64,000 nucleotides of DNA from the NCBI GenBank assembly GCA_964016885.1, contig OZ024742.1:32364001-32428000 (forward strand), read 5' to 3'. Shown in pieces: positions 23,824 through 35,330 of this stretch; positions within the stretch are counted from its first letter, which is position 1, and the number at the start of each line of letters is the position of its first letter. This stretch comes from Eledone cirrhosa (taxonomy: Eukaryota). The position numbers were made by a program, and so were the translations under genes. The notes beneath the pieces are model-generated. The model searched no databases. It worked only from the letters and a program-made list of their open reading frames with translations, and had not been told where the DNA came from.

Positions 23824-26800
23824 CTACAGGCTTATGTAAAGAGAAGGCCCATTCACACGGGCCATTCTCGCCACTTTCACCCACCTTTCATAAAAACGAC
23901 TGGGGTGGAGCACCTCTCTCTCCATCCTGATCCTTCTTCCGAAATGATATCGGAAGAAACGGACCAGTTGTTGGCCAGAGAGAAAGGTGCCTGACCTCAG
24001 TCCTTTCAGACGCATCCACCATACAACTTCTTTCACCATGGCTATTACGCACAGAAACACCGCCTCTCCTTCATCTTTGAAGGGGGGAGGCGGCTTGATC
24101 ATTACAATAGACTCGGTGGTCAACCGGATCGGTCCCACCCTTGACAGCAGTTGTTCGACATAGCCCCACAGATCGGCTACGCCCGAGCAGTGTACCAATG
24201 CGTGTGCAACGGTTTCCTCGTCGCACACGCATCTGGGACAGATCTTTTTGGCGGGGTCCCTACCCGGGCGCCCGTGTCTGTAGAGTTTTTCTCGGACGGG
24301 TAGAGCCCCTCGGTAGCACTGCCAGGCCAGGGACTTCTGGAAGTTGTCCATAGGTCCCGGGCTGAATGTCCTACCGAACAGGCTGGCCAGTTCGTCCTCC
24401 TCCATGTCTAGGGCTTCTCCGAGGGCATCGTCGCACCTGCTGCGTACCAGCCCTCTATAGAATGGTGCGGTGGAGTCTCCACTGACAACCGGATCCGCCT
24501 GCCAGAGGGCGGTGAGCGCCTGGGCACACTCAGTGTGCCAGGCGCCCAGTTTTCTCGGTCTTTGCTTGACCCAGGATTGCAGCTCGGTGAGTGAGACGAG
24601 TCTGGGAAAGGTTCGTCTCACAAATGAGGCCCACACCGGTTGACCGGTGAGGAATACGTAGAGGTGCCGTAGCCTTAATGCGTGTTTACGCATCATTAGC
24701 AACGGCATCCCCAGCCCTCCTTTCAAAGGGTGTTGACAGCAGATGGATCTCCTCACCATAGGCGCCCGCCTCTTCCAAAGGAATTGGAAGAGCGCGCGCT
24801 CCATCTTGGTGAGGGTTTCCCTTGGGCAGGGCACTACGGTCAGGCGGTAGTAGATGACGGACGCTATATAGGTGTTCGCCACCTCCGCCCGACCTTTCAG
24901 GGATAGTTTGCAACTGGCCCACTTCTGGGTCAGTGCAAACACCCTGTTCGTAACCTCCGCCCAGTTCTTCTCCACCTGGAGGTCCGGTCCGAACCAGACC
25001 CCGAGCAACTTCACCGGGCCCTCCGTCCAGCGTCCGACGACGCCATCGGAGGGCATCGGTCTGCCCCTCCACGTGCCGAGTTGCAAACCGATCGACTTGT
25101 CCCGGTTCAGCTTAGCCCCTGTGAACCTTTCGTACTCCTCCAGTAAGGTGCCGACCGCCTCGATTTCGGAGGCCGTCGACACCATTACTGTCACGTCATC
25201 GGCGTAGGCCGACACCGCTTTCCGCAATCCTGGTTCCAAAGGGATGCCCTGCAACAACTCCAACTTCCGCAGTAGTGGCTCGAGAGTCAACACATACAGA
25301 AGGGAGGAGAGAGGGCACCCTTGTTGGATGGACCGCGCGATTTTGAACGGCTCCGAGAGGTAGCCGTTCACCTTGACCCTAGAGCAGATGCGGCTGCTGT
25401 GCATAGCAGTGATCCAGCCCCTGAAAACGGGTCCGAAGCCTGCCGCCGCTAGCACCGCATCCAGGTAACCATGGTCGACCCTATCGAACGCCTTGGATTG
25501 ATCCAAGTTGATCAGAGCCCCACCAAAGCCGGGTTCATTCCCAACCCTCTCTATGATGTATCGCATGAGGTGGAGGTTGTCATGGATGGAACTGGACGGG
25601 ATAGCGCATGTCTGCGCATCTCCCACCAGGTTGCCCACGACAAGCGCCAACCTCTTTGCTAGCACCTTGGCCAAAATCTGTAACTCTGTATTTAGCAGAG
25701 TTATGGGCCTGAAGTTACTTATTTCGTCCCCCTTGTTCTCGTCCTTCCTCACTAGCTTGACTACGCCCTTGGTCACAGTACAGGGAATTCTCCCGTTCTG
25801 TTGCCAGTTGCAGTAGACCGCCTCGAGGAGATCAGGGAACATGTCTGGCATAGCTAGATATAATTCGTAAGGAAGACCATCGAGACCTGGGGATTTGCGT
25901 TTGCCGCATTGGCCCAGCACGTCCTCTATTTCAGCGGTCGAAATCGGCTCCTCGCAGGACTTCGCCTCCCTGTCCGAGAGACGCGGCAGGCCGTCGAGGT
26001 ATGGACCGAAGTCCACATTCCCAACCGGCTCCCCGCCCCTCCCGAACAGTCGGGCAAAGTGCCTTTGAAAGGCCTCACACATCTGCTTAGGCTCAAGAAT
26101 CGCCCGTCCATCCAGGTCTCGCAAAGACCAGATAGTGGATTTAGTTCCACTGTTGGCCTCTGTCACGCGGGCCCAGCTAACAGCTTTGGTCCCCTCGTTC
26201 CCTAGAGCACGTATTTTACTTCGGACAACACAGCCTTCGTGCTTCGCGTCGAAAAACTGGCTCAAAGCCGTTCTCGACGCTAGCACTCTGGCCACGTCGC
26301 TTCTAATTGCCTCTGCTACTCTATCTATTAGCTCCCTTTCCTTCCTATTCCTATCCGCAGCTAGAACCTTACTAAATTCTATCGAGACTACTCTAATCTC
26401 TCTCTTTAGAGATACCCACCACCTGCTGTTGGCCATCGCTCCAGTCAATCGTTCCTTAACTAACGTACTAATCCGATCCCTGTAGGCTCTACTTGCCGGC
26501 AAGGACAAGTTGAGCTTCCAGTAACCGGGGCCCTGTCTATGCATTCTATCAAGGTTGACCATGCAGGTCACCAACTTGTGGTCTGAATAGCCAACCATGA
26601 GCATTTCTGGACAACTTAAAAAGTCCCTGTCCTTATTTCTAACTAAAAATCTATCTAGATACGACCTAGATGATCCGCTGCGATTTGACCAAGACCAGGT
26701 AGGCACCGTCGGAAAATCTAGTCGAAATCTATCGGCCAGGTCAAATCGGCCGAGTAACCTCTTGAGGCTGTTGCACCCCTCTCTATCGGGACATGCCCCT

Positions 26801-27282
26801 GCATAGTCCCAACGTGCATCCAGGATACCATTCCAATCCCCCACTAAAAGCAGGGAACGGGACGTCCCTAGAAAAGACTCCAGACGCTGGAAAAAGTCGG
26901 GCCGCTCTGTCCCAAAAGGGGCATATGCGGCTACCAGCCTAAAGGCTCTACCTTCACCACTGCCAAGGTCCAGCACCACCAGTCGACCCCCTGGGTCCAA
27001 GTGAACTATCTGTGTTGCAAGGCCCATATGTTTTTGCAGCAGAACGACAACCCTACCCCCACCTCCGGGCTGACAGAGAGATGCGTGCATCTCAAAGTCG
27101 TCAAAGGTGGGGGCTAGCTGCCGCATGCTGCTGATCCGAGCCTCGCAGATAACCATCACATTTATAGATTGTGACCTGAGGTCATTTAGAAGCATTGCTT
27201 GCTTCCAAGACGAGCCCAGGCCACGCGCATTTAGACACCCTACTCTTAGCACAGCCATGTTGGTGTTAAGGAGAAAAGGCAC
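23824..27282 (-). CDS. Tx1-type ORF2: APE endonuclease + reverse transcriptase + C-terminal CCHC finger (uninterrupted, 1152 aa)
   Basis: LNARGL, VGDWN, SYLDRF, SDHKLV, GPGYWKLN, KSPGLDGLP, FRPITLLN, DQSKAFDRV, QGCPLS, AYADDV, GGLGMP, CPRC..ETVAHALVHC. Confidence 0.95.
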   Translation of the reverse strand: MPFLLNTNMAVLRVGCLNARGLGSSWKQAMLLNDLRSQSINVMVICEARISSMRQLAPTFDDFEMHASLCQPGGGGRVVVLLQKHMGLATQIVHLDPGGRLVVLDLGSGEGRAFRLVAAYAPFGTERPDFFQRLESFLGTSRSLLLVGDWNGILDARWDYAGACPDREGCNSLKRLLGRFDLADRFRLDFPTVPTWSWSNRSGSSRSYLDRFLVRNKDRDFLSCPEMLMVGYSDHKLVTCMVNLDRMHRQGPGYWKLNLSLPASRAYRDRISTLVKERLTGAMANSRWWVSLKREIRVVSIEFSKVLAADRNRKERELIDRVAEAIRSDVARVLASRTALSQFFDAKHEGCVVRSKIRALGNEGTKAVSWARVTEANSGTKSTIWSLRDLDGRAILEPKQMCEAFQRHFARLFGRGGEPVGNVDFGPYLDGLPRLSDREAKSCEEPISTAEIEDVLGQCGKRKSPGLDGLPYELYLAMPDMFPDLLEAVYCNWQQNGRIPCTVTKGVVKLVRKDENKGDEISNFRPITLLNTELQILAKVLAKRLALVVGNLVGDAQTCAIPSSSIHDNLHLMRYIIERVGNEPGFGGALINLDQSKAFDRVDHGYLDAVLAAAGFGPVFRGWITAMHSSRICSRVKVNGYLSEPFKIARSIQQGCPLSSLLYVLTLEPLLRKLELLQGIPLEPGLRKAVSAYADDVTVMVSTASEIEAVGTLLEEYERFTGAKLNRDKSIGLQLGTWRGRPMPSDGVVGRWTEGPVKLLGVWFGPDLQVEKNWAEVTNRVFALTQKWASCKLSLKGRAEVANTYIASVIYYRLTVVPCPRETLTKMERALFQFLWKRRAPMVRRSICCQHPLKGGLGMPLLMMRKHALRLRHLYVFLTGQPVWASFVRRTFPRLVSLTELQSWVKQRPRKLGAWHTECAQALTALWQADPVVSGDSTAPFYRGLVRSRCDDALGEALDMEEDELASLFGRTFSPGPMDNFQKSLAWQCYRGALPVREKLYRHGRPGRDPAKKICPRCVCDEETVAHALVHCSGVADLWGYVEQLLSRVGPIRLTTESIVMIKPPPPFKDEGEAVFLCVIAMVKEVVWWMRLKGLRSGTFLSGQQLVRFFRYHFGRRIRMEREVLHPSRFYERWVKVARMARVNGPSLYISL

Positions 27283-29144
27283 TTACCTCTCTGCGTCCCG
27301 GGAAACGGGCCGCTCAATTTCCATGCTGGTTGGGGATGGGTTGTTGGGTGGGGTGGTGGTTTGTGGAAGTGAAGGGGCATCGGTGTGTTGTGGGGTTGGG
27401 GTGTTTGTGGTTGAGTGGGTGTCTGGGGGGTGGGAGTGGGGGTGGGGGGTTTAGGAGGACGCGGTTGATTGGTTTGGCGCAGGGGGGGGCCCACGTCCTC
27501 CGTGAAATTTATTTTCAGTGTTTTGTACAAGTTCATTGGGACTTTTATCATTTTTAAATGAGGTAGTCCCACAGCAGTTATAAAGTTTGGCCCTTCAGTT
27601 TGGACCGAAGGGTTTGCTAAAATTGTTTTCCGTAATTCTTTGTTGTCTGTGTTCATGTATGTATATTGTAAGGTCTTTTTTTGTGTAGCAGTTAGTGTTG
27701 TGTGACGGGGAGGGGTGTTTGTGTGTAGTTTGTGTTCTCTTGGGGGGGGGGGGGGTTAAAGTTAACATGTGTGTCTGTGGTGCGTCTCCTCTTCTTTCTT
27801 TTTACTTGTTGGAAGGGATCTTTTTCGTCTTGCGACGAAAGGGGTTCGTCTTCCTTGTTGGGTGGGAGGGGTATGTTTTCTGGTAGTGTTTGCGGTGTGT
27901 GTGTTTTTGTATTTGTTTTGGGTGGGGAGGGATTGGGTGGGACGGTATTCTGTGTTATTTTTTCACGTGTTTGTTGTTGTTGTTGTGGTGGTGGTGGTGG
28001 TGGTGGTGGGGTTGTTGGTTTTTGTTGTTGTTGTTGTTGTGGTTGTTTTTGTTGTTGTTGTTGGGGTGGTGTTGGTGTTGGTAGCAGTGTTTTTTTCTGT
28101 GTGAGCTGGAGACAGGCAGCCCTCAGGTGACCTCTATTGCCACAGAGGTAACAGGAGGGACGCCTACCCTCCACAATAATGTTGAGGTGGGTACGGTCAT
28201 CCAGCATGACGTGCTCAGGGATTTGGGCGATGCGTTCTGGCCTTATTTGGGTCAGAACTTCTATGCTCGTTCCACTGAACGCGTCGCCGGATGCCTTCCC
28301 TATTGAAATGAGGTTGTCCTCGTCTAAATTGAGGAAGCCGGTTAGTAACCACCAGTAGTTTATGTTTGGGGTGATGGTGGTTATCCATATCCTCTGGGTT
28401 TTTTTACCCATGTAGGTGGGGAAGAAGGTGTAGTGTGTGGACCGAATTGGCGACACAGAGTATTTTTTCGCCGCCAATTCGTCTTTCATCAATATGGATA
28501 AACTCCCATAGAGTTTATCCTTTTGTATAAAAGTGATGTCTCTCATCGCGTCTTTCAAGACTAACTGAATTTCAGCTTGAGATGGTTGCGCTGGTTTTTT
28601 TGTTTTATTTAAAATTGTTCGGAATACGACAGTTCGTAATTCCGTCTGTTTTTTTAGTTCTGGAGGTGAATGTATAGAAAACGAACCGTTTTCGCCAAAA
28701 GATACATATTTCTTGGCTTTTTCCAGCATTTCTTTTGCTTTTGAAATATCTTCAAGCACATACGCGACTGATAATTTAGCCGTTTGTGCAAAAGATATTT
28801 TGTTTTCGCTTTGGATTTTAGTATTGTTTTGTTTCTCGTCGTTTGAGTTGTTTTCATCTTTGTTGTTGTTGTTGTCTTTCTCGTTTGGTGTGTGGATACT
28901 TGTGACGTTTGTGTTGTTGTTGTTTTTGTTGTCTTTATTATTGCTGTTGTTGTCGTTGTTGTTGTTGTTGTTTTCAAATTCTTGTGTAGTTGTGGCTACA
29001 TCTAGTGGTCGGTCAACAGGTGAAGACAATTCTTCCTCTCTCTGACCTCTGCCATTGGCATCTGCTGCTGTGACAGTGGCAGGGGAAGCTGTGAGTATGA
29101 CTTCCCCTTTCCTTCTTTGATTGATGGTGAAGATGCTTCAGCCA
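27246..29144 (-). CDS. Tx1-type ORF1 (gag-like, CCHC zinc knuckle, Asn/Gln/Pro-rich), split by apparent frameshifts
   Basis: Core ORF 27692-29029 has CYLCGNRGHLRAAC. It probably continues in 27246-27656 after a G homopolymer (~27742-27755). Candidate ATG at 29144 is in another frame. Confidence 0.75.
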
Positions 29145-29769
29145 TTTTTCTCAAAATAGGGTTTTTCGAAGTTTTTCGAAAGATAAAATGTTCACAATAT
29201 TATTTCGCCCAAAGGCGCAGAATATTTTGAGAGACCGACCAGATCAAGATTTGACCTGGCAGTCCCTCTACAAAATGGTACAAAAATGAAAGTTTACAGT
29301 TTACAATTTCCGTATGAATTTAAACAAACAAATATATAGCTGATCTCTCAGACTTTCATGAAACACCGAGGAGATACAGTTAATATAACGAATGGGGAGC
29401 TCATATATATATATGGTATAGCATGGTGTTATGTGGTCTGGTGTGGTACAACATGGTGTGATGTGGCGTGGTATGATATGGTGAGGCGGGGGTAGGGGAC
29501 ACAACGTTAGATTAATGTTAACAATACACATGTGATGAGAAGAGGGAAACAGTGTTTAACTAATTTTAACATTACATGTAGCATCCATCTACAGGTGATT
29601 AAGTTAAGACTGAGGTGTAATCATATGAAAAGGTCAATTTAAAACTACACTGAGATTCTGCTTAAAATGATGGTCAATGAAGTGTTTACTTACTCAGATC
29701 CTTTGAAATAACTTTCTTTCTCTTACTGTAACTGGACATACCTACGAAATAGAAAACAGTCGAATAGAC

Positions 29770-30157
29770 AGTGGTGTGGTGTGGTGTGGTGTAGTGTGGT
29801 GTAGTGTAGTGGAGTGTGGTTTAGTGTAGTGGACAGTGGTATGGTGTAGTGTAGTGGAGTGTGGTTTAGTGTAGTGGACAGTGGTGTGGTGTAGTGGAGT
29901 GTGGTGGAGTGGAGTGTGGTTCAATGTAGGGTGGGGGATATGGTGTAGTGAAGTGTGGTGGGATGTAGTGTGGTAGCATGTGGTGTGATGGCATGTGATG
30001 TGATGTGGCATGGTGAAATGTGATGTGGTGTGGCATGGTGAAATGAGATGAGGCGAGACGAGACGAGATAAGATGAGATGTGATGTGATGTGGTGTGGTG
30101 TGATGTGGTGAGATGTGATGTGGTGTGGTCTGATGTGGTGTGCTGTGATGTGATGTG
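29770..30157. repeat. Pentanucleotide tract (GTGTG/GTGTA/GATGT)
   Basis: Direct observation. Confidence 0.85.
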
Positions 30158-31235
30158 AAATTTTTTTATCCTATTTTTTATGAGCTATCAACTAATCCAA
30201 TCTCCAAGGTGCTTGAAACTGACTTTTTCCTCCCCAGGAAAACGGCGGGGTGAGGTGGTTCCCCCTTCACCCGGATAACCCCTGCTTACTCAGAATTATC
30301 TCTTTGATTCTATTTCCATGCGTTATCAGTAAATATGACTTCCAAATCAGTCAAAAACAATTAGCTTTGGAGAAAGAGGAGTGGGAGAGGGGAAGAGTTT
30401 TGCAGATCTACACCCCACTCACATGTCGTGGGACTTAATCATTTTCGGTATATTTCCTGTGCTATTTCCTGTGCTATTTCCTGTGCTATTAATTAATCTG
30501 ACCTCCTAGATGCTTCCAACCAACTTATTTCCCTGGGTTAGGTTTAGGGTTGGGGTAATGTTTAGGGTTTAGTTTTAGGGTTGGGGTAATGTTTAGGGTC
30601 TAGTTTTAGGGTTGGGGTAAAGTTTAGGGTTTAGTTTTATGTTTGGGGTAAAGTTTAGGGTCTAGTTTTAGGGTTGGGGTAAAGTTTAGGGTTTAGTTTT
30701 AGGTTTGGGGTAACGTTTAGGGTTTAGTTTTAGGTTTGGGGTAAAGTTTAGGGTTTAGTTTTATGGTTGGGGTATAGTTTAGGGTTTAGTTTAAGGGTTG
30801 GGGTAATGTTTATATTTAGATTTAGCTTGGTTTGGTTTAGATTTAGAGTTTAGGGTTGGGGCTAGATTTAAATTTATGTTTAATTTAGTTTTGGTTTCCA
30901 AATCCCAGGAAAAAATTGATTCAGAGCAATTAAAAGGTCAGATTAGTTGATAGCACTCAAAAGGAGACCGAAGAAAAATCATTAGGGTATACATCTACAA
31001 AACGGCAATGGTTTTTCCACCTGCTTTACCCCTCCTTTTTCCTAGAACAACTAATCATTTCCAACTGGTTTGGAGGTCATATTCGTTGATAACATACGAA
31101 AAATCTTAGAGAAAACTCTGGGGTTAAATGAGAGAAGTGCATCCACCTAAGTTTTCCATGAAGAGAGTGTCAATAACAAACATCTTGGAGTTCAAATTAG
31201 TTGATAACACATGAAAAAATATGATGAAAAAATTT
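30158..31235. mobile_element. ~1.1-kb fold-back element: ~350-bp imperfect inverted arms around a telomere-like 31-bp minisatellite
   Basis: Paired arm blocks: GCTATCAACTAAT/ATTAGTTGATAAC, GTTATCAGTAAATATGACTTCCAAA/TTTGGAGGTCATATTCGTTGATAAC, GTTTTGCAGATCTACACCC/GGGTATACATCTACAAAAC, GTGCTATTAATTAATCTGACCT/AGGTCAGATTAGTTGATAGCAC. Confidence 0.75.
30535..30870 (+). repeat. 31-bp G-rich minisatellite GGGTTGGGGTAAAGTTTAGGGTTTAGTTTTA (G-quadruplex-capable)
   Basis: About 9 tandem copies containing TTTAGGG and runs of G3-G4. Confidence 0.9.
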
Positions 31236-31239
31236 TGCA

Positions 31240-31700
31240 TGTTGTGTGGCGTGGAGTAGTGTGGTGTGATGTAGTGAGGTGTGTTTTTATGTGGTGTGAT
31301 GTAGTGAGGTGTGGTGTGTTGTGGTGTTATGTGGTGTGGCGTAGTGTGGTGTGTTTTTATGTGGAGTAGTGTGGTGTGTTGTAGTGAGGAGTGGTGTGTT
31401 GTGTTGTAGTGAGGAGTGGTGTGTTGTGTTGTGGTGTTATGTGGTGTAGAGTAGTGAGGTGTGTTCTTATGTGGAGTAGTGTGGTGTGTTCTTATGTGGA
31501 TGGATGTAGTGAGGAGTGGTGTGTTGTGTTGTTATGTGGTGTGGAGTAGTGTGGTGTGTTTTTATGTGGAGTAGTGTGGTGTGTTCTTATGTGGTGTGAT
31601 GTAGTGCGGTGTGTTGTGTTGTGGTGTGGGGTAGTGTGGTGTGTTGTAGTGAGGAGTAGGGTGGTGTGCTGTAGTGAGGAGTGGTGTGTTGTGCAGTGAG
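31240..31700. repeat. Pentanucleotide tract (GTGTG/GTAGT/GTGTT)
   Basis: Direct observation. Confidence 0.85.
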
Positions 31701-32029
31701 GTTCTTCATCTTTATCTTTCTCTTCTTCATCTTTGTATTCATCTTCTTTGTTTTGTCTTCCATCTAAACAAAAAAATATATATAAAACATATGTAGCCAA
31801 TCTCTCAGACTTTTACAAAGCTCCAGGGAGATAAATTTAATATAAGTGGTGTGTTCCGGAACAGAGATACTACAAAATAGCTTAAAAGCTATATATATAT
31901 ATACATATTGTTATACTTTGGGAGGGTCATGTTGCCAATAAGAAACACACGCACCAGTTGCTTTCACTTCAATTTATTATAATAAATTTCTGGTTGGTTG
32001 GTTCCACAACCAGATAGTTGTTTATATAT

Positions 32030-32074
32030 AGTCATAGTTCTTTCGTCACACACTCTGTGACCTCTTCAGTGACT
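32030..32074 (-). ncRNA. Minimal type I hammerhead ribozyme motif (PLE pLTR)
   Basis: AGTCA-CTGAAGA-G-GTCACA(GAGTG)TGTGAC-GAAA-G(AA)C-TA-TGACT: 5-bp stem I, 6-bp stem II, vestigial stem III. Confidence 0.75.
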
Positions 32075-32274
32075 GGGGATTCCTTTCTTTGTTTCTGTGC
32101 CTCTCCTTTGTTCTGTCCTACGCCATTTTGTTTCTGTGTGTGTGTTGTGTGCTCAGTCTGCGCATGCGCCACATCCGGGTGTCTGTGTGTGTTTATGTTC
32201 ATTTATTTATTTGTTTATTTACATGTTACTGGTTGGTTGTTTGTTCTATGTGTGTGTGTGTTTTCATTTTGTCC

Positions 32275-35200
32275 TTAATTGTAAGTTGTGATGTTGCTGT
32301 TCCACTTATATTTTCTATTTAATTTTGGTTGTAATTCTTTTATGTTTATTGCCTCTGTAATTTGTCTAAACATTGCGTCTTTTCTGTGTGTAGATTCTAT
32401 TTTTATTTCTATGTTCTCTAATTTACCCTTGTGTTCTATTTTAGCATGTTGGTAGAGTACAGATGATTCTTTACTATCTTGAAGGTCTCGCCAATGTTCA
32501 TTTATCCGTTCCCCTACACTACGAGCTGTCTCACCTATGTACACTATATTTTTGTCTCTACATTGTCCTTCAGTACATCTTATGCTATACACTACATTTC
32601 TAGTTTTACAGTTAATATGGGGGCTTATTTTACAGGTTATACATTTCTTATCTATACATGAGGGTCTTTGAAAAGGGTATTCTTGCTAATAAGTGTTTTT
32701 ACGGAGGTACCTGGTCTTTCTACTATCTTAATATTGAGTTTATGTTTATTTAGGGCCCTTCTAATTTTGTAAGCTAATTCACCTCTATGGGTTGTATCGA
32801 TGAACATTACACTCTGGTATTTATTGCTATCATACCATGAGTTTATTCTATTAGCCTTGTTCCTAGTTCTTTCTATTCTATTCCAAAATTTGCTCCTATA
32901 CAAGAGGCAGGTCCCATTTATGTCATTATTTACCATTTTTTCCCATTTGGTTCTGGCTCCTCTATACACTCTGATTTTATCTCTCTGATTGTAGCCAGAG
33001 AACTGCATACGGTGGATGAAGTGTTGAATGTGTCTCTCTAGTTCTTCGGGGTTGCACATGCGGGACACATTCCTCATCACCCGTACCAAATCCGCAATCA
33101 GTATGTTGATTATGGTATGGTCCGAAACGGCCGAGTTTCGGTGGATCAGATGTTTGGAAGTCATGGGTTTGGCATAATGGGAATGGAGGATTTGTTTTTT
33201 GTTGTTAATGGTATCTAACCAGAGCTCTGTGTCTAGTACAGGTAATCGATGGTTGGGGTGTTTACTTGGGTAGTCTATAGTAACTCTAATGCTCTGGTGG
33301 ATGGATTTTGCTATTTGCTGGATGCTTTCCATTGTGTTTTTCTCTAGTTCCTGACTGTTCTCTAGTGGGGGTGTCTTAACTACGATGTTTATATCATCAA
33401 CGTAGCGGGAGTACATTATCAGGGTTAAGGGGTCTTCTAATTGTTCTTTAAGTTTAAGTTTAAGTCTACTGTCTCACCATACCATGAATAAGTTAGCTAT
33501 GTCGCCTGCAATGCTAACACCAATGGCTGCTCCTTCCTCTTGGGCATATGTTTTTCCATTAAATTTGAACATATGTTCCTTAAGGGTTAGTTTTATGCTG
33601 GCCCCTACCGCATGTGCAATCATTTTCTTCAGTTCATCGTGGTTTTCGGGTGTCCGTATGGCTCTGGTCCACCCGTTCCATCTATCTGTGTGGGTTTTCT
33701 TGGCCATTGAGGTAATGGTAGGTGGTCTGCCTCTTGCTGGTCTTGTAGGGCACAGGTTGCTAAGGTCATATGTGTCTAGGTAATTATTACTATAGGTAAG
33801 CTTAAATAGGAGTCCCAGCTCACTGGTATCAATCCCACGGAACTCAACCTTGCTCTCACTGATCATTTCTACGCATTTCTCCACAGCAAAATCCACGTCA
33901 ATAGATGGATACAGGGACACAACATCCATACTACCTATTATGCAGTTTCTTAGGTCCCTAGATCGGTTACCCTCGCCGATTCTGCTGAGGAGGTCCTCCG
34001 TGCTGTCACATACATCTGTGGACATTTCAATGATGGGGCGTATGATCAGGGAGAGGAAGTAGGACAGTCTGTAGTTACTAGCAATGTTAGCTCCACAGAC
34101 TGGCCGTGTTGGTGGTCCCGCGACAGGGTCACTGCCCGTTTTATGGTCTTTTCGAAGCCCATACAACGCCGGCATGTCATTGTTCCAGGCCTGGAAGTTG
34201 TTGGCAGTCCTTTTGTTGGGCTGCATTATATTCGTCCACATCACCATATGGGCATTGTGTTAGTGATGTGGGGTTGCATTGCCTGGATGTAGTTTGGCAG
34301 GCTGTCAACCGACATTCTGCCAGACTTGTCTGTTGGAAAGCATGCTATCTCTCCATTACGCGAGCGCTGCATGAGCTTACGCAAGCCATTTGCAGATTTT
34401 TCTCCCAGTAGCTGGGCCTCCATTCTATTATGCTTCTTGCTATACTGTTCTATAATATTTCTAAGTTCGGATCTAGGTATACTAAATTGTGCTTCTGTTT
34501 GTTCATCGACCTGCGACGGCAATTGTGTGCGTTTGTTAAATGGTAAAGTCGTGGCGTGGACTCGTCGCAGGTCGAACGATTTATCGGAGGGATTATAAAA
34601 CGTAGAGTTCCAGGCTGCTGCTTTATGTGTACTAGTGCTATTGTTATTGTTAGTTGTGTTGTTTCTATTTCTATTTCCACCAACAGCCTCATGGTTGTTT
34701 CTATGTCTCTCATAATTACTCCTGTCTCTTTCCACTGGCTCATTGTTGTTATCTAGCCTATTTTGTGTGTCTGTGTGTTCGTCTTGGTTATTCTCTTTGT
34801 CCTTAGTCTCCTTTCTCTTTTTAATCCTATTACTTTCCCTTATTTCTGTGATTTCTGTGCTACTGTCATTACTTGTTTTCTGTGTCTGTGTATTTGTTAA
34901 GATTGTGGTGGTGAGAGGCATTGAATGTGTGTGTGTTATTGTTGTTGATGTGTGCTGTTGTTGATGTGTGTTGTTGTTGTCTCCGTGTGTGTTATTGTTG
35001 TTGTGTGTGTTGTTATTGTTGTTTGTGTCTGCGTGTCTGTTGTTGTTGTTTCTGGGCATGTTGTTATTGTTGTTGTTGTTGGTGTGTGTGTTGTTGTTAT
35101 TGTTGTTTGTGTCTGTGTGTCTGTTGTTGTTGGGATGTGTGTTGTATATGTGTGTGCGTATATTGTTGCTTTTGTTTTTGTTTTTGTTTTTGAGGCTCCA

Positions 35201-35330
35201 GCGTAGTTTTGTAAATGATTTTTCTATTTCTGACAGACAACTAATCATATTTACCTTCTTGAATGTCGCAAATTTCGGGGGTAAACACAACACAGATAAC
35301 TCGTCATTATCTATTATTGTGTTGCCGTAT
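32275..35330 (-). pseudogene. PLE polyprotein (RT + GIY-YIG), 5'-truncated, with one in-frame TGA and two frame breaks
   Basis: LPPKF, PTDKSG, LYGLRKDHK..PTRPV, SMDVVSLYPSI, YAQEEGAAIG, RYVDD, PVLD, YAKP, then CITC..C..NVVYSIRC..VYIGETARS..ERINEH..H..H..EA. Confidence 0.9.

Larger units (their letters stand above)
23559..29325 (-). mobile_element. Full-length Tx1/L1-clade non-LTR retrotransposon with 13-bp TSD
   Basis: Two ORFs. The 3' end reads GGCAAATAAAAGAAA on minus. AAACAAATATATA is duplicated at 23546-23558 and 29326-29338. Confidence 0.88.

Noticed and set aside
30535-30870. True telomere or chromosome end
   Set aside because: It is internal, has a 31-bp period rather than pure TTAGGG, and sits inside inverted arms.
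33474-33476. In-frame TGA in the PLE RT as possible selenocysteine, as in Naiad PLEs
   Set aside because: It falls where Trp is expected (FMVW*D, TGG to TGA), is single, no SECIS was recognised, and the copy has other lesions.
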